Below, one piece after another: positions 11,217-23,799 of a stretch of DNA of 64,000 nucleotides. The first letter of the stretch is position 1, and every line of letters begins with the position of its first letter. Location: the NCBI RefSeq assembly GCF_006345805.1, contig NC_043022.1:22382001-22446000 (forward strand). The letters run 5' to 3'. A program made the position numbers and the translations under genes. Under the pieces are notes generated by a model. That model was given only the letters and a program-made list of their open reading frames with translations, did not search any database and was not told the origin of the DNA. The stretch is from Octopus sinensis. Taxonomy: Eukaryota.

Positions 11217-11620
11217 GAATCTTTTCGGTTTGACCGGCAGTTTTTTAAAATAATTTCCACGTAACTAAACACTTTTAAACTTCGTATACTGGTAGAATGT
11301 GTTTATAAAACGTCTTTCTCTCTTGGCTTTATTGAGAAAATTCTATAGTTTGTAAGACATTTGTTGTTTTTCTTCTTCAATTTCTGTAATTTCAACCAAT
11401 CAATGACGTCTATTGAGGTGAAAACATTCTGTGCCGTATGAATATGTCCTTCATTTAAGAAACAGATTGGGTTTATTTACATTTCTGAAGAAAAAAAGAC
11501 ACCCTTCCCCCCACCCCTAACCAACCCTAAAACAGATTGAAATGCAATAGGGTCATAATTATGGGTGACAATTTCATATGACACCGCTAGAAAAAACTGC
11601 CGTTCAAACCAAAAAGATCC
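11217..11620 (-). mobile_element. MITE family D, full copy in reverse orientation
   Basis: TIRs present; near-TSD GAAATGTT / GCAATGTT. Confidence 0.88.
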
Positions 11621-12349
11621 GCAATGTTTAATATGGCAAAACCAGCAGAAAGAATTGTTTTGTAGAGAATTATATAATTTAGTCATTGCTGTGTAGTCAA
11701 GAAGCTTGTTTTCCAACCTTGTGGTTTCAGGTTCAGTCCCATCATGTGACACCATGGACAAATGGTTTCTACTCAGGTCAACCAAAGTCTTGTGTGTGGA
11801 TTTGGTAGACAGAGCTAAAAGAAAAGCCTGTTGTATACATATCAGTTTCAAATTTTAGCACAAGGCCGGCAATTTCGGGGGGAAGGGGTTAATTTGATTA
11901 CATTGACCTCGGTACTCAGCTGGTGCTTATTTTATTGACCCACAAAAGGATGAAAGACAAAATCAGCCTCAGAGGAAATTGAACTCAGAATGCGAGGATG
12001 GAAAAAAATGTTGCTAAGCATTTTACCAGCTATAAACGCATCATTAGGGTGTTGCCCTCAAGATCACTAGATTGCAATTTCAATTCCTAGACTGGGGGTG
12101 CATTGTGTTCTTGAGCAAACCACTTCATCTCGTTACTCTGTGCTCATTTTGACACCTGACATATGGTACACCTGTTCAGACAACATCAATTTGATAGAGA
12201 GAGTGAGCTAACGTTGTGGCACAAACATTTGATCACTATAAACAAATCATTTTGTGTAGGTCGTTTAGCACAAAGGTGAATGCTCATACATTGTCTACGA
12301 CTGGAGAGCCCATATATACATAATACATCTCTCTTTCTCTTTTTTTTTT

Positions 12350-12726
12350 CTCTTTTACTTGTTTCAGTCATTTGACTGTGGCCATGCTGGAGCACAGCCT
12401 TTAGTCGAATTATATCGACCCCAGGACTTATTCTTTGTAAGCCTAGTACTTATTCTATCGGTCTCTTTTACCGAACTGCTAAGTTACGGCGACGTAAACA
12501 CACCAGCATCGGTTGTCAAGCAATGTTGGGGGGACAAACACAGACACAAACACATATATACGACAGGCTTCTTTCAGTTTCCATCTATCAAATCCACTCA
12601 CAAGGCTTTGGTCAGCCCAAGGCTATAGTAGAAGACACTTGCCCAAGGTGCCACGCAGTGGGACTGAACCCGGAACCATGTGGTTGGTAAGCAAGTTACT
12701 TACAACACAGCCACTCCTGCACCTAT
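12350..12726 (-). mobile_element. SINE family A full copy, head-to-head with a + strand 5' half at 12735-12890
   Basis: Reverse complement of 7638-8055. Confidence 0.88.
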
Positions 12727-12887
12727 ACATATACATAGCTGTATGGTAAGAAGTTTGCTTCCCAACCATGGTTCCAGGTTCAATTCCACTGCATGGCACC
12801 TTGGGCAAGTGTCTTCTACTATAGCCTCAGGCCAACCAAAGCCTTGTGAGTGGATTTGGTAAATAGAAACTGAGAGAAGCCTATTGT

Positions 12888-12938
<51 letters not shown>

Positions 12939-13098
12939 TAAAAATGGTAAGATAACAAAAGAAAGAAAGAGATCTCAATATTATGTAAATAGAGGAAATT
13001 TATCTGTAAAATAATATGTGACAATTATTCAATAGCCAAGATAAAACTCTGAGTTTTGGATGCCGAGGTGGAAATCCACAACACCATCTCTTCGGTTA

Positions 13099-13167
<69 letters not shown>

Positions 13168-13389
13168 AATCCTAATACCTCAGTACAGCAAAGAATGAAC
13201 AAAGAGGTAACTTTCATCAATAAATTCCGCCCACAACTTAACATGAACACATAACATAATACAGAACACTACTAAACTTACCAATAATACCACTAACTTC
13301 CATACATCCCATACACCATTCTTATTACAGTATTATATCTACCCTAACTGCACCACATCCAAAACTACTTATCTCCCTTACACATAATC

Positions 13390-13830
13390 TTTTTACTCAA
13401 GGAACAAAGCCAGAAGGAATCTTTCCCTCATCCACCGATCCTTTGCCAATCTTTCAATGGACGTCTTTTGGCCTGTATATATCACTCTAGTTCGACCCAT
13501 CCTCGAATATTGCATCCATACCTCAAACCTATATCTCCAGAAAGACATTCAGCACCTGGAACAGGTTCAGCATTTGGCCACCCGAATGGGCATGGGCTTG
13601 TCTAAGCTTGCAGAAGAGGAACATCTCCAACGGCTGGCATTGCCGTCACTCAAACGACGGGGGATGCAGGGAGATCTCATCCGACTTTCAACATCTTTAA
13701 CGGACATGTAAACCTACCATTTGCGGAGATTTTCACCCCTGCGCCGGATAGAGGTCTTCATGGACATGATCGCAAACTCTATCCCCAACACTTTCGTTTC
13801 AAGAGGCGGAAGGCCGCATTCTCTGTCCGT
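13390..13830 (+). pseudogene. CR1/L2-type LINE ORF2 C-terminal relic
   Basis: Translates to YITLVRPILEYC...KDIQHLEQVQHLATRM...LQRLALPSLKRRGMQGDLI, the typical post-RT region of CR1-group LINEs; frameshifted. Confidence 0.75.
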
Positions 13831-13849
13831 ATCGCAGCCCTGTGCATAA

Positions 13850-14950
13850 TCCAAGCGAAGTCTTTGATCCCACAACTCAAGTGCAAATTAATATCATGGA
13901 AGTTGATATACTTGCGGCTATTAATGATTTAGACTCAAACTCAGTACTTGTACCAAATAGTATTCCAGTTATATTGCTAAAAAACATGCAAAAACCACCT
14001 CATGAAATCATTAAAGGTACTGTTTCAAAAGTCGCCAGATACCACCATATTCCCGAGACTATTGAAAGAAGCTATAATAAAACCTATATAAGTACAAAAG
14101 AGGTAGCAGTGCTGAAGCTAAAAATTACAGACCTGTTTCCCTCACGTCTTACACGTCTAAAATTATCCAATGCCTTGTCCAAAGACAAAAAGTAATAACA
14201 TACCTGGAGGAAAACAACTTAGATGACACTTGGTATAGGTTTCGGACTGAACGAAGTTGCCTGTCACAATTCTTACAGCATCATAACACTACCTCTAATA
14301 ATCTCTTAAGGGGAAAGATCATTGACTATTGAAACGTTGATATTGTTAAGGCGTTTGACAAGACTGATCATGGAATCATCTGTCATAATTTAAGAAATCT
14401 TGGTATCACAGGAAAAGTCGGAGAATGGTTCTTTAACTTCCTATACGGTAGGAGTCAACCTATTACTGCAAATGGATTTCTCTCTAAGTTACCTGTAATA
14501 CGTCGTATACATCAGGGAATGAATTACACAAGAATATCGATGGCTAGGAGCTAAACCAGAAAAAATACGAAAATTAGTACATCAAAATTTCAGCTTCTTC
14601 ATTACAAACAAATTCACCCAAATCACAATATTTGACACAAGGTAACATAATGATTCAGAGCACTAATGACATACAGGACTTAGGTGTAATCATGTCAAAT
14701 GATGCATTTTCCATCAGCCATATTATCAAACTAACCTTTAAATGCAGCAAACTCATAGGCTGCATCCTACGAACATTCATGACAAGGGGACCGGTAGTTA
14801 GTTTTATTTTTAGGGAAAACCCTAGTTCTGAGCAGTTTATATTACTGCTTACAATTTTAATCTTCTAATTCATCCGGTCTAATAGAAGAAATCGAAGGGT
14901 TACAAGGAATGTTCACTGGTAAAATACCTTCAGTTAAAAGTCTTATTTAA
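13850..14950 (+). pseudogene. CR1/Jockey-group LINE reverse transcriptase relic
   Basis: Fragmented frames give EAKNYRPVSLTS, KAFDKTDHGII, LGITGKVGEWFFNFL and IQDLGVIMSND; multiple stops and frameshifts. Confidence 0.75.
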
Positions 14951-15570
14951 AAAATAATAATAATAATGAAATTATTGTATACAGTGCTCAGGTGCACCAC
15001 AACTTGTCAGAAAGTGCATATAAAGTACATGCAGTAATGTAAAAATGTCTGGAAAGCGAACAATGTATGAGTCAGATACATGCCTGTGTGTGTATGGAGG
15101 GGAGAAAATCAAGTGTAGTGTTGGCGAATCTCAGGAAGCATGGAAGTTTTGAAGTATGCAGTGCTCCGACAACTAACAACTGATGCCGGCAGTTTGTTCC
15201 ATGCTTCAGCAACTCTCAGCGTGAAAAATGTTTCCTGAAGTCATGGGAGCTGTGCTGTTTTCTTACTTTGTAAATATGTCCACGGGTGTTAGATGGGTGG
15301 AGTTTGAAAAGGTGCTCAGAGTTATTGTTTGTAAGATGGTTGATAATTGTATGGGTGTCTGCCAAGTCAGCTGCCAGACGTCGGAGTTTCAATGTGTCCA
15401 TGCCCAGGTAAGTAAGGCATTCAGGATATGGCAAATGCCTGATGGAGGGTATTCTTTTGGTTGCACATCGCTGAACAGCTTCCAGACGATTGATATCCTG
15501 GGCAGAAAGCGCTGAGTCTCTTGACGCCAAAGAGAAATATATACTATCACATTCATATGAAAAATTGTTG
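14950..15570 (-). mobile_element. 5'-truncated CR1-type LINE with 3' UTR and (TTA)n tail
   Basis: Minus ORF INRLEAVQRCATKRIPSIRHLPYPECL...LKLRRLAADL...[21 protein letters not shown]. The same 3' end occurs at 19030-19435(-) and 59535-59850(+). Confidence 0.85.
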
Positions 15571-16004
15571 GGGGACATATGGTGTAGTGGTTAAGAGCGC
15601 GGACTACATGTCAAGTAAGCAATCTCTTACTCAAAAAGCAGTTAAGTATTAGCGATATAATGATAGGAAGGACAACAAGCTGTAACACCTTGGGCAAGTG
15701 CCTTTTACTATAGCCCCAGGCTGACCAAAGCCTTATGAATGAATTTGTTAGATGAAAACTGAAAGAAGACGAAGATAGGTGGTGTAGACAACAAAGAGAT
15801 GTATTAGTATAATGCTCAGGAAGTGAAAAAGTCTTTTACGTTTCGAGCCTACGCTCTTCTACAGAAAGGGACACAGAAAGAAACAAGGAGAGAAAATAAA
15901 CAATGTATAGTGGCTAGTGATCTATACATACATACACACATACATGATCTGATCAATAAATATCCAAACGGTAATGAAGGTAAAGCACACTGAGTGAAGC
16001 TGCT

Positions 16005-16309
16005 TGTTGTTTGTTCCTTCTCGAGCCATGCCTGGCTCATAAAGGCCGGTTTCCCGGTTTCTTGGCGTATAGGTTCCCCACCTGGACGGGACGCCAGTCC
16101 ATCGCAAGTGAGCTGCAAGATGCAGGAAGAAAGTGTGAGGGAAAGTTGTGGCAAAAGAGTCAGCAGAAGTTCACCATTACCTTCTGCCGGAGCCGCATAG
16201 AGCTTAGGTGTTTCGCTCATAAACACACACATCGCCCGGTCTGAGATTCGAACCTGCGATCCTTCGACTGCGAGTCCACTGCTCTAACCACTAGGCCATG
16301 TGCCTGCAC
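16005..16309 (-). mobile_element. tRNA(Arg-like)-derived SINE family B
   Basis: Head GGCACATGGCCTAGTGGTTAGAGCAG..GGTTCGAATCTC, (CAA)n-type tail, TSD TGAAGCTGCTT. Confidence 0.9.
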
Positions 16310-17058
16310 TAATGAAGCTGCTTGGCACAGACTGACCTCGAACTCTGCTGTGCATGTGCACTAAGTTTTAATGTTCTAGCTCACTTCCACTGTTTACAGC
16401 AGTGCTTGGAAGGAAGGTGTGGTTGCGTGCGATTGTCGCATTGACCATGACAAAGTTGTCATGGCGATACCTGTCAGAAGTTGCTAGAGGCCTACGGAAG
16501 GTTGTAGAAAGTGTATGGAGAGGGGTGTATGAGCCGCACACAAGTGTATGAGTGGTTTACTCTGCGTGCCTTAGTTTTGTTACTATGGCAACAGTCCAGA
16601 TACTTATTGATCAGAACTCGTATACTCGTATACATACACACACGTGCAAACACGCTATCTTTAAGATAGCGTATTTTACATTGGTTTTTATATCAGTCTA
16701 TCATACATCCCTATAGTGTATATGCATGAGTATACACATGACATTCAGGTGGGAACAGGGTTCAATGAAGGGTGGTGTGTCGATTATGTGAAGATGGTTG
16801 TTTCACTCTTTAAGTGTGGTTTAATGAAGGTTGGCTGCTATTGAAAGGAATACCATTTGCATTATTAAAGTATACAGAAATTATTACTGAATATGTTTTG
16901 CATGTATGTTTTTATTTCAACTATTACATGTCATGCATGGATTTTCTTTGATTATTAACACCAACCACTTTTATGTAGCACCAGCACCAGTAGGGTCTCC
17001 AAGTAAATTTCAAGAGCAAGACCCCTTGTGGTTAGATGTTAAAGTATAATAGAGGAAT

Positions 17059-17369
17059 GTTGTTGTTTGTTCCTTCTCGAGCCATGCTTGGCTCATAAGG
17101 GACGGTTTCCCGGTTTCCTTGGTGTATAGGTTCCCCACCTGGACGGAACACCGGTCCATCGCAGGTGAGCTGCAAGATGCAGGAGGAAAGAGTGAGAGAA
17201 AGTTGTGGCGAAAGAGTCAGCAGAAGTTTCGCCATTACATTCTGCCGGAGCCATGTGGAGCTTAGGTGTTTCGCTCATAAACACACACATCGCCCGGTCT
17301 GAGATTCGAACCTTCGATCCCTCGACCGCGAGTCTGCTGCTCTAACCACTAGGCCATGTGCCTCCACAC
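17059..17369 (-). mobile_element. SINE family B with ~13-bp TSD
   Basis: Flanks ATAATAGAGGAAT / ATGATAGAGGAAT. Confidence 0.9.
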
Positions 17370-18444
17370 ATGATAGAGGAATAGAGATGTCTTGCTGTTG
17401 AGGAGATACATGGTAACCCAGTGAGGAAAGAAAGGCTAGAAATGGAGGGAGAGAGCGAGTCAGAGATGAAGATAAGGAGACATAGCAACCCCAATTGGAA
17501 AAGAAAAGAAAGAGAGAATGGGCAATAAAGAGGTTATTCATGACATTTTAGTGAGTTCATCAGGTACATTTATTTCATTGGAGAATCCTACAAATTATGC
17601 TCTGAAAATCTGGAATCCTTATAGTGGTTGTGATGGATCTGTATTGTTTGTTTTGTGTTACTGGACAAATATTTATTCACTATCTGAAAGTATTAATGAA
17701 TGTAAATAAAATAATACTAATTTTGAAAGAAACTGTTAAAACTGACATTATGAAAAAGTTAATGAGCTTAAAGCAAAAAAATATCTGTCCCTGGATGAAT
17801 ATTTGTTTTTGAATCTCTTGCTGTGTATTCTGCTGAATCTTTTTGTTTCTTATGGGGGATGGTTAAGTATATGTTTCTTTATTACCCACATGGGGCTAAA
17901 CATAGAGGGGACAAAACAAGGACAGACAAACGGATTAAGTCGATTATATTGACCCCAGTGTGTAATTGGTACTTAATTTATTGACCTCGAAAGGATGAAA
18001 GGCAAAGTCAACCTCAGCGGGATTTGAACTCAGACGAAATACAGCTATGCAATTCGCTCAGCATGCTAATAATTTCATTATGGATTGTGTAATTTGTCCA
18101 TTCTCAATTGAAGTCATAATCATCATCATCATTTAATGTCCATTTTCCATGCTGGCATAGGTCAGACAGTTTGACAGGAGCTGGCAAGACAGAAAACTAT
18201 GCCAGGTTCCAGTATCTGCTTGGACATGGTTTCTAAGGATGCCATTTCTAATATCAGCCACTTTACAGAATGTACTGTGTGCTTTTAACGCGACGGCAGC
18301 ACAGTGACAGGGTTTCTTCAGCTGTATGCCCCTTGTAACACCAACCACTTTTATGTAGCACCAGCACCAGCACCAGAAGGGTCTCCAAGTAAATTTCAAG
18401 AGCAAGACCCCTTGTGGTGAGAGGTTAAAGTATAATAGAGGAAT

Positions 18445-18752
18445 ATTGTTGTTTGTTCCTTCTCGTGCCATGCTTGGCTCATAAGGGCCGGTTTCCCGGT
18501 TTCTTGGCGTATAGGTTCCCCATCTGGACAGGACGCCGGTCCGTCACAGGTGAGCTGCAAGATGCAGGAGGAAAGAGTGAGAGAAAGTTGTGGCAAAAGA
18601 TTCATCAGAAGTTTCGCCATTACCTTCTGCGGGAGCCACACAGAGCTTAGGTGTTTCGCTCATAAACACACACATCACCCAGTCTGAGATTCGAACCCGC
18701 GATCCCTCGACCGCGAGTCTGTTGCTCTAACCATTAGGCCATGTGCCTCCAC
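18445..18752 (-). mobile_element. SINE family B flanked by a ~120-bp direct repeat
   Basis: Repeat copies at 18319-18444 and 18752-18871. Confidence 0.9.
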
Positions 18753-19029
18753 AGCTGTATGCCCCTTGTAACACCAACCACTTTTATGTAGCACCAGCAC
18801 CAGTAGGGTCTCCGAGTAAATTTCAAGAGCAAGACCCCTTGTGGTGAGAGGTTAAAGTAAAATAGAGGAATAGAAATGTCTTGCTGTTGAGGAGATACAT
18901 GGTAACCCGGTGAGGAAAGAAAGGCTAGAAATGGAGGGAGAACGCGAGTCAGAGAGGAAGATAAGGAAACATGGCTACCCCAATTGGAAAAGAAAAGAAA
19001 GAGAGAATGGGCAATAAAGAGGTTTATAA

Positions 19030-19435
19030 ATAATAATAATGAAATTATTGTATACAGTGCTCAGGTGCACCACAACTTGTCAGAAAGTGCATATAAAGTA
19101 CATGCAGTAATGTAGAAATGTCTGGAAAGCGAACAAAGTATGAGTCAGATACATGCTTGTGTGTGTATGGAGGGGAGAAAATCAAGTGTAGTGTTGGCGA
19201 ATCTCAGGAAGCATGGAAGCTTTGAAGGATGCAGTGCTCTGACAACTAACAACTGATGCCGGCAGTTTGTTCCATGCTTCAGCAACTCTCAGCGTGAAAA
19301 AATGTTTCCTGAAGTCATGGGAGCTGTGCTGTTTTCTTACTTTGTAAATATGTCCACGGGTGTTAGATGGGTGGAGTTTGAAAAGGTGCTCAGAGTTATT
19401 GTTTGTACGAAAAGGTGCTCGGAGTTATTGTTTCC
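19030..19435 (-). mobile_element. CR1-type LINE 3' end (same family as 14950-15570)
   Basis: High identity to 14950-15350. Confidence 0.85.
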
Positions 19436-19733
19436 AACATGTTTGAGTATGGTATGGTTCAGCTTGTGTTATAGCAGCTAACAGTAAGACTAACTGCGTC
19501 CAAACTTCAAATTCACTCCACACTTTTAAAATATTTTGTAATTTGTATAAATGGTGCCAAGCCTGATATATAGATAAATGCTGTTTGCTGTTCTGCTTGG
19601 CTGAAACCTGTATTGTTGGTTTTGTATTTCATTGCCAGAAGTTTTTCTAAACAAGAACCTTCTTGTAAGCAACATTCTTTGTGGAATATTTATTATCTTA
19701 TTTATCCTGCACCTATAATATTTATCATATTAT

Positions 19734-20715
19734 AGGCGCAGGAATGGCTGTGTGGTACGTAGCTTGCTTACCAAGCACATGGTTCCGGGATCATTCCCAC
19801 TGCGTGGCACCTTAGGCAAGTGTCTTCTACTATAGCCTCGGGCTGACCAAAGCCTTGTGAGTGGATTTGGGAGAAGGAAACTGAAAGAAGCCTAACATAG
19901 GCGCAGGAGTGGCTGTGTAGAAAGTAGCTTGTTTACCAACCACATGGTTCCGGGATCATTCCCACTGTGTGGCACCTTGGGCAAGTGTCTTCTACTATAG
20001 CCTCAGGCCGACCAAAGCCTTGTGAGTGGATTTGGTAGACAGAAATTGAAAGAAGCCTGTCGTATCTATGTATACATATATATGTATGTGTTTGTGTGTC
20101 TGTGTTTGTTCCTCCAACATCGCTTGACAACCAATGCTGGTGTGTTTACGCCCCCATAACTTAGTGGGTCGTAATTTGGATGCTCTGAGTGTCAGAAGTA
20201 TTTGCGATTGTACTGTTTCCAAACATCTGGCATAATTACTGCAACTTCTTTTGCAGCTGAACGACTGCATGCTTGGTTACCAACTGTGCAAAGCATTTGT
20301 CTTTTTGGAAGAACCATTGAGAACATTTTTTTTTTTACTTGTTTCAGTAATTTGACTGTGGCCATGCTGGAGCACCGCCTTTAGTCGAACAAATCGACTC
20401 CGGGACTTATTCTTTGTAAGCCCAGTACTTATTCTATAGGTCTCTTTTGCCGAACCGCTAAGTGACGGGGACGTAAACACACCAGCATTGGTTGTCAAGC
20501 AATGCTAGGGGGACAAACACAGACACACAAACACATATATATATATATATATACATATATACGACGGGCTTCTTTCAGTTTCCGTCTACCAAATCCACTC
20601 ACAAGGCATTGGTCGGCCCGGGGCTATAGTAGAAGACACTTGCCCAAGATGCCACGCAGTGGGACTGAACCCAGAACCATGTGGTTGGTTACCAAGCTAC
20701 TTACCACACTCCTGT
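19734..20715. mobile_element. SINE family A cluster: two + partial copies (19734-19895, 19896-20165) and one - full copy (20335-20715)
   Basis: Match to 7638-8055. Confidence 0.85.
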
Positions 20716-20739
20716 GTATTAACAGTATCTAAATATTCT

Positions 20740-20890
20740 GCATTGCTATGTTGCTGAGAAGGTTGAGACTTTTTGAGAACCTCATACTGCCAGAAGTCCT
20801 GGTCCTTCGTCATCTCATCCCTTAAGCCCAGAGTCTTGATGTCAGCCTTCACCACTTCATCCCAGGTCTTCCAGTAAGGTTTAAGGTTAA
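20740..20890 (-). pseudogene. RTE-LINE ORF2 C-terminal fragment
   Basis: KTWDEVVKADIKTLGLRDEMTKDQDFWQYEVLKKS resembles the RTE terminal motif also seen at 48075-48330. Confidence 0.6.
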
Positions 20891-21209
20891 AGGGAAATTT
20901 GGCTGCCATTTCTAGCATGTTAAGCGACCATATAGAAGTCTTACTTGTTGATAATGTGTGACTGCTTGATCAGGGCTGATGTATTCATTTGGAATTTTGG
21001 TGATCTTTTTATTAGGGTCTCAAGGTTGCCAATTTTTCCAGCTAAATTGTTTGAAGAATTTTTATTTATTTACTTTTGTTTTCATGTCCTGTCAAAGACA
21101 ATATCTGCTTTGATGTCAGTGAGGAGTGGGGAAAGTGAAATACATGCTCACAAGTTTGCACACACCCACACATACATACACCCATTGATTTTCATATCCA
21201 GGAGTTGAA

Positions 21210-21250
<41 letters not shown>

Positions 21251-22435
21251 AGAGTTATTAGTGAGATATCAATCCAGGCAAAATACATTACAAGCTCTTG
21301 GTTAGTACCAGGATAACAATATTCTTGTGGCAGGGTCCAAGGTCATAGTTCAACACAATTCTGTATTGTAAATCTGTGGTTGTGCTCCAGTTATACTGCC
21401 TTTCACACAAAATGATTTACAAGACAAAGCACAAATAAGCACATTCGAAACAATAGTCTATCGGCACTTCGAGCATTTCTCTCTGTCTCTGTCGTCTGCC
21501 AAAAACCTTGGGTCGTAGATAGATCTATCTCATCTGTCTGCTCCCGTCTCTGCTGCGATTGTCTGCCTGCCTTTCTGTTTCACCCTTGTATTAATAATAA
21601 AAACTGGCAGCTAGAAAGACAGACATACTGCAGCAGAGTTAGTACCTAAATAGGTCAGCGCTTGTCCAGGTGAACTTCGCCTGACATGCTAAGGTCGTAG
21701 GTCAAAGGGAGATCATCAATCAATTTTTGACAGGACAAAGAAAAACCTTTTTCGCGCCTGTTGATCGTCGTGGTTTGGACGACCGAGAATTCTTGAATTC
21801 GGTTTCGAATCTAGGCTTAGAGAAGGAAGTGCTAATTCTTACAAGTATTTTCCAAGATGTGCTTGTTTTTTTGTTTTTTTTTTGTTTTTCATAAAAGGCT
21901 TCCTGCCATCATTTCGAAGGATGTGGCAAAAAAAAAAAAAAATTGGAAAATCCCCGTCAAAACGGAGAAAATCCAACTTACGTGGGCTTCCTAATCCGAA
22001 ACTCCTCCAGTCTTCATTGAAAAATGAAATTAAAAGATAATCACCCAAACAAGAAAAAATAATTAACGAAACTCCACCCTCCATGGAACTAACTGACGAC
22101 AAATACCTCTCTCTATACATCACATATTAAAAGACCAATTTGAATTTAGGACCGTAGAAGCTAATTGTCCCATCACAGATAAAATATTGGTCCATAGGAT
22201 AAAGTAATTCTTAATGCATTTTGCTCTGTGTGTGTGAAAGAGAGAGAAAGAGAGATGTGGTGGGGAGCATCATCGTGCTGGAAAAGCATTTAATCATAAG
22301 GTTTGCTGGATCAGGCGCTGATTAGCAACATAAATATCGAGTTAGCTAAAATCGAATCCAAAAACCAATAGATAGTCAGGCACGTAGAAATATATTTTTT
22401 CTGAGCTAATCGCGAAAGAAGCTATATAGAAGCAA

Positions 22436-22520
22436 GGCGGAGGTAAAGAATACGCTCACCACCCGTTTTCGGCGTAACCCTAACCTTAAGCGTCGGGTGT
22501 GCGTATTCTTTAGCTTTGCC
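22436..22520. mobile_element. 85-bp mini inverted-repeat element with TAACCCTAACC spacer
   Basis: Arms GGCGGAGGTAAAGAATACGC / GCGTATTCTTTAGCTTTGCC. Confidence 0.6.
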
Positions 22521-23088
22521 CAAAAGCATTAGGAATATTTACAAACTAATTCCCACCAGGGCCGTCTTTCAAAATACAGGGGACACTGATCACTGATCCA
22601 TCTGAACAGCCAACCATTCATAATTTATCTGTAGCGGTGTGAGGATGGATGGATGCTGGTGAAAAATTAAGAGTGAAGACTCACTTGAAACAGGATGTCT
22701 TTCAAATGAATTGACTCGCTAACCGTTCCACAAGACCTTCAGCTTCTTTATGTACGTTCAAATTAGCGACTTTTGATAACGCTGAACCGAAATTCAAATC
22801 GTCGTTACGTCATCATCTGAGAAGTTCATTCTTTCTCTCCATATCTATCTCTGTTTCTTACATTCCCGCTCCTTTCACTTGCTTGTTTTATTTTATAAGG
22901 AAATTAGTGAACAATAGCGTCGTTGCTGAAAGGTCTCTCTCTAACAGATAGATATTGGTTGTAGGGTTCGATTAAGCATTAAACAAAATGAGCGCATTCT
23001 TAGAGAACTATGAAAAGGTGGTACCACAGTTTTATTTATTCGTTTTCCACTGCTGGGTTTTCCGTGGTGCGAATAGTGTAGCTAAAGT

Positions 23089-23149
23089 TAGGGTGTTGTG
23101 GAAAATGAATAAAAACATGTTCAAAATTTTCATTTTCCACAACACCCTA
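23089..23149. repeat. Perfect 21-bp inverted repeat with 19-nt loop
   Basis: TAGGGTGTTGTGGAAAATGAA ... TTCATTTTCCACAACACCCTA. Confidence 0.9.
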
Positions 23150-23164
23150 GTTGTAAGTAAATAA

Positions 23165-23790
23165 GACATCGGAAAAACCACTTGCGACATCGTACAAACA
23201 GACATCATAGAACCTAACCGCGACATCGTGTAAACCGACCGAGAACTCGTAGAACCCGACCCTGACATCGTAGAAATCCACCGATACATCATACAAACTT
23301 AGAGACATCGTACAAACTGAACGAGACATTGTAGAAACCGACTGAAACATCGTAGTTATCGACACAGACATTGTTGAGGCCAACTGAGACAGCGTAGGAG
23401 TCAACTGAGACAGCGTAGGAGTCAACTGAGACATCGTAGAACCCGATCGAGACATAGTACAAACCGACCCAGATATTGTAGAAACCGATTGTGACATCGT
23501 AGAGACCGACCGAGATATAGTACAAACCGACCCAGAGGATCTCTTCCTTTTGAACGGCACATGTCAACACAATTTCTAGTTAACTAAACACTTTTAAACT
23601 TCGTATACTGGTAGAATGTGTTTATAAAACATCTTTTTCTCTTGGAAAAGATCCGACCCAGATATTGTAGAAACCGATTGCGACATTGTAGAGACCGACC
23701 GAGACATAGTACAAACTGAATGATATATAGTGGAAACAGACAGAGGCATCGTAGAAACCGATAAAGACATCATAGTTACCGAGCGAATCA
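23165..23790. repeat. 21-bp minisatellite (consensus GACATCGTAGAAACCGACCGA), about 24 units
   Basis: Parsed unit by unit; a 63-bp higher-order block recurs around the MITE insertion. Confidence 0.9.
23537..23654 (-). mobile_element. Internally deleted MITE family D inserted in the 21-bp array
   Basis: GGATC...GATCC ends; exact TSD GACCCAGA at 23529-23536 and 23655-23662. Confidence 0.88.
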
Positions 23791-23799
23791 TTAGAGAAA

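Noticed and set aside
21839-22123. 94-aa minus ORF and a possible Penelope-like plus-strand fragment
   Set aside because: No recognisable motif strong enough, it includes homopolymer runs, and no splice context links it to anything.
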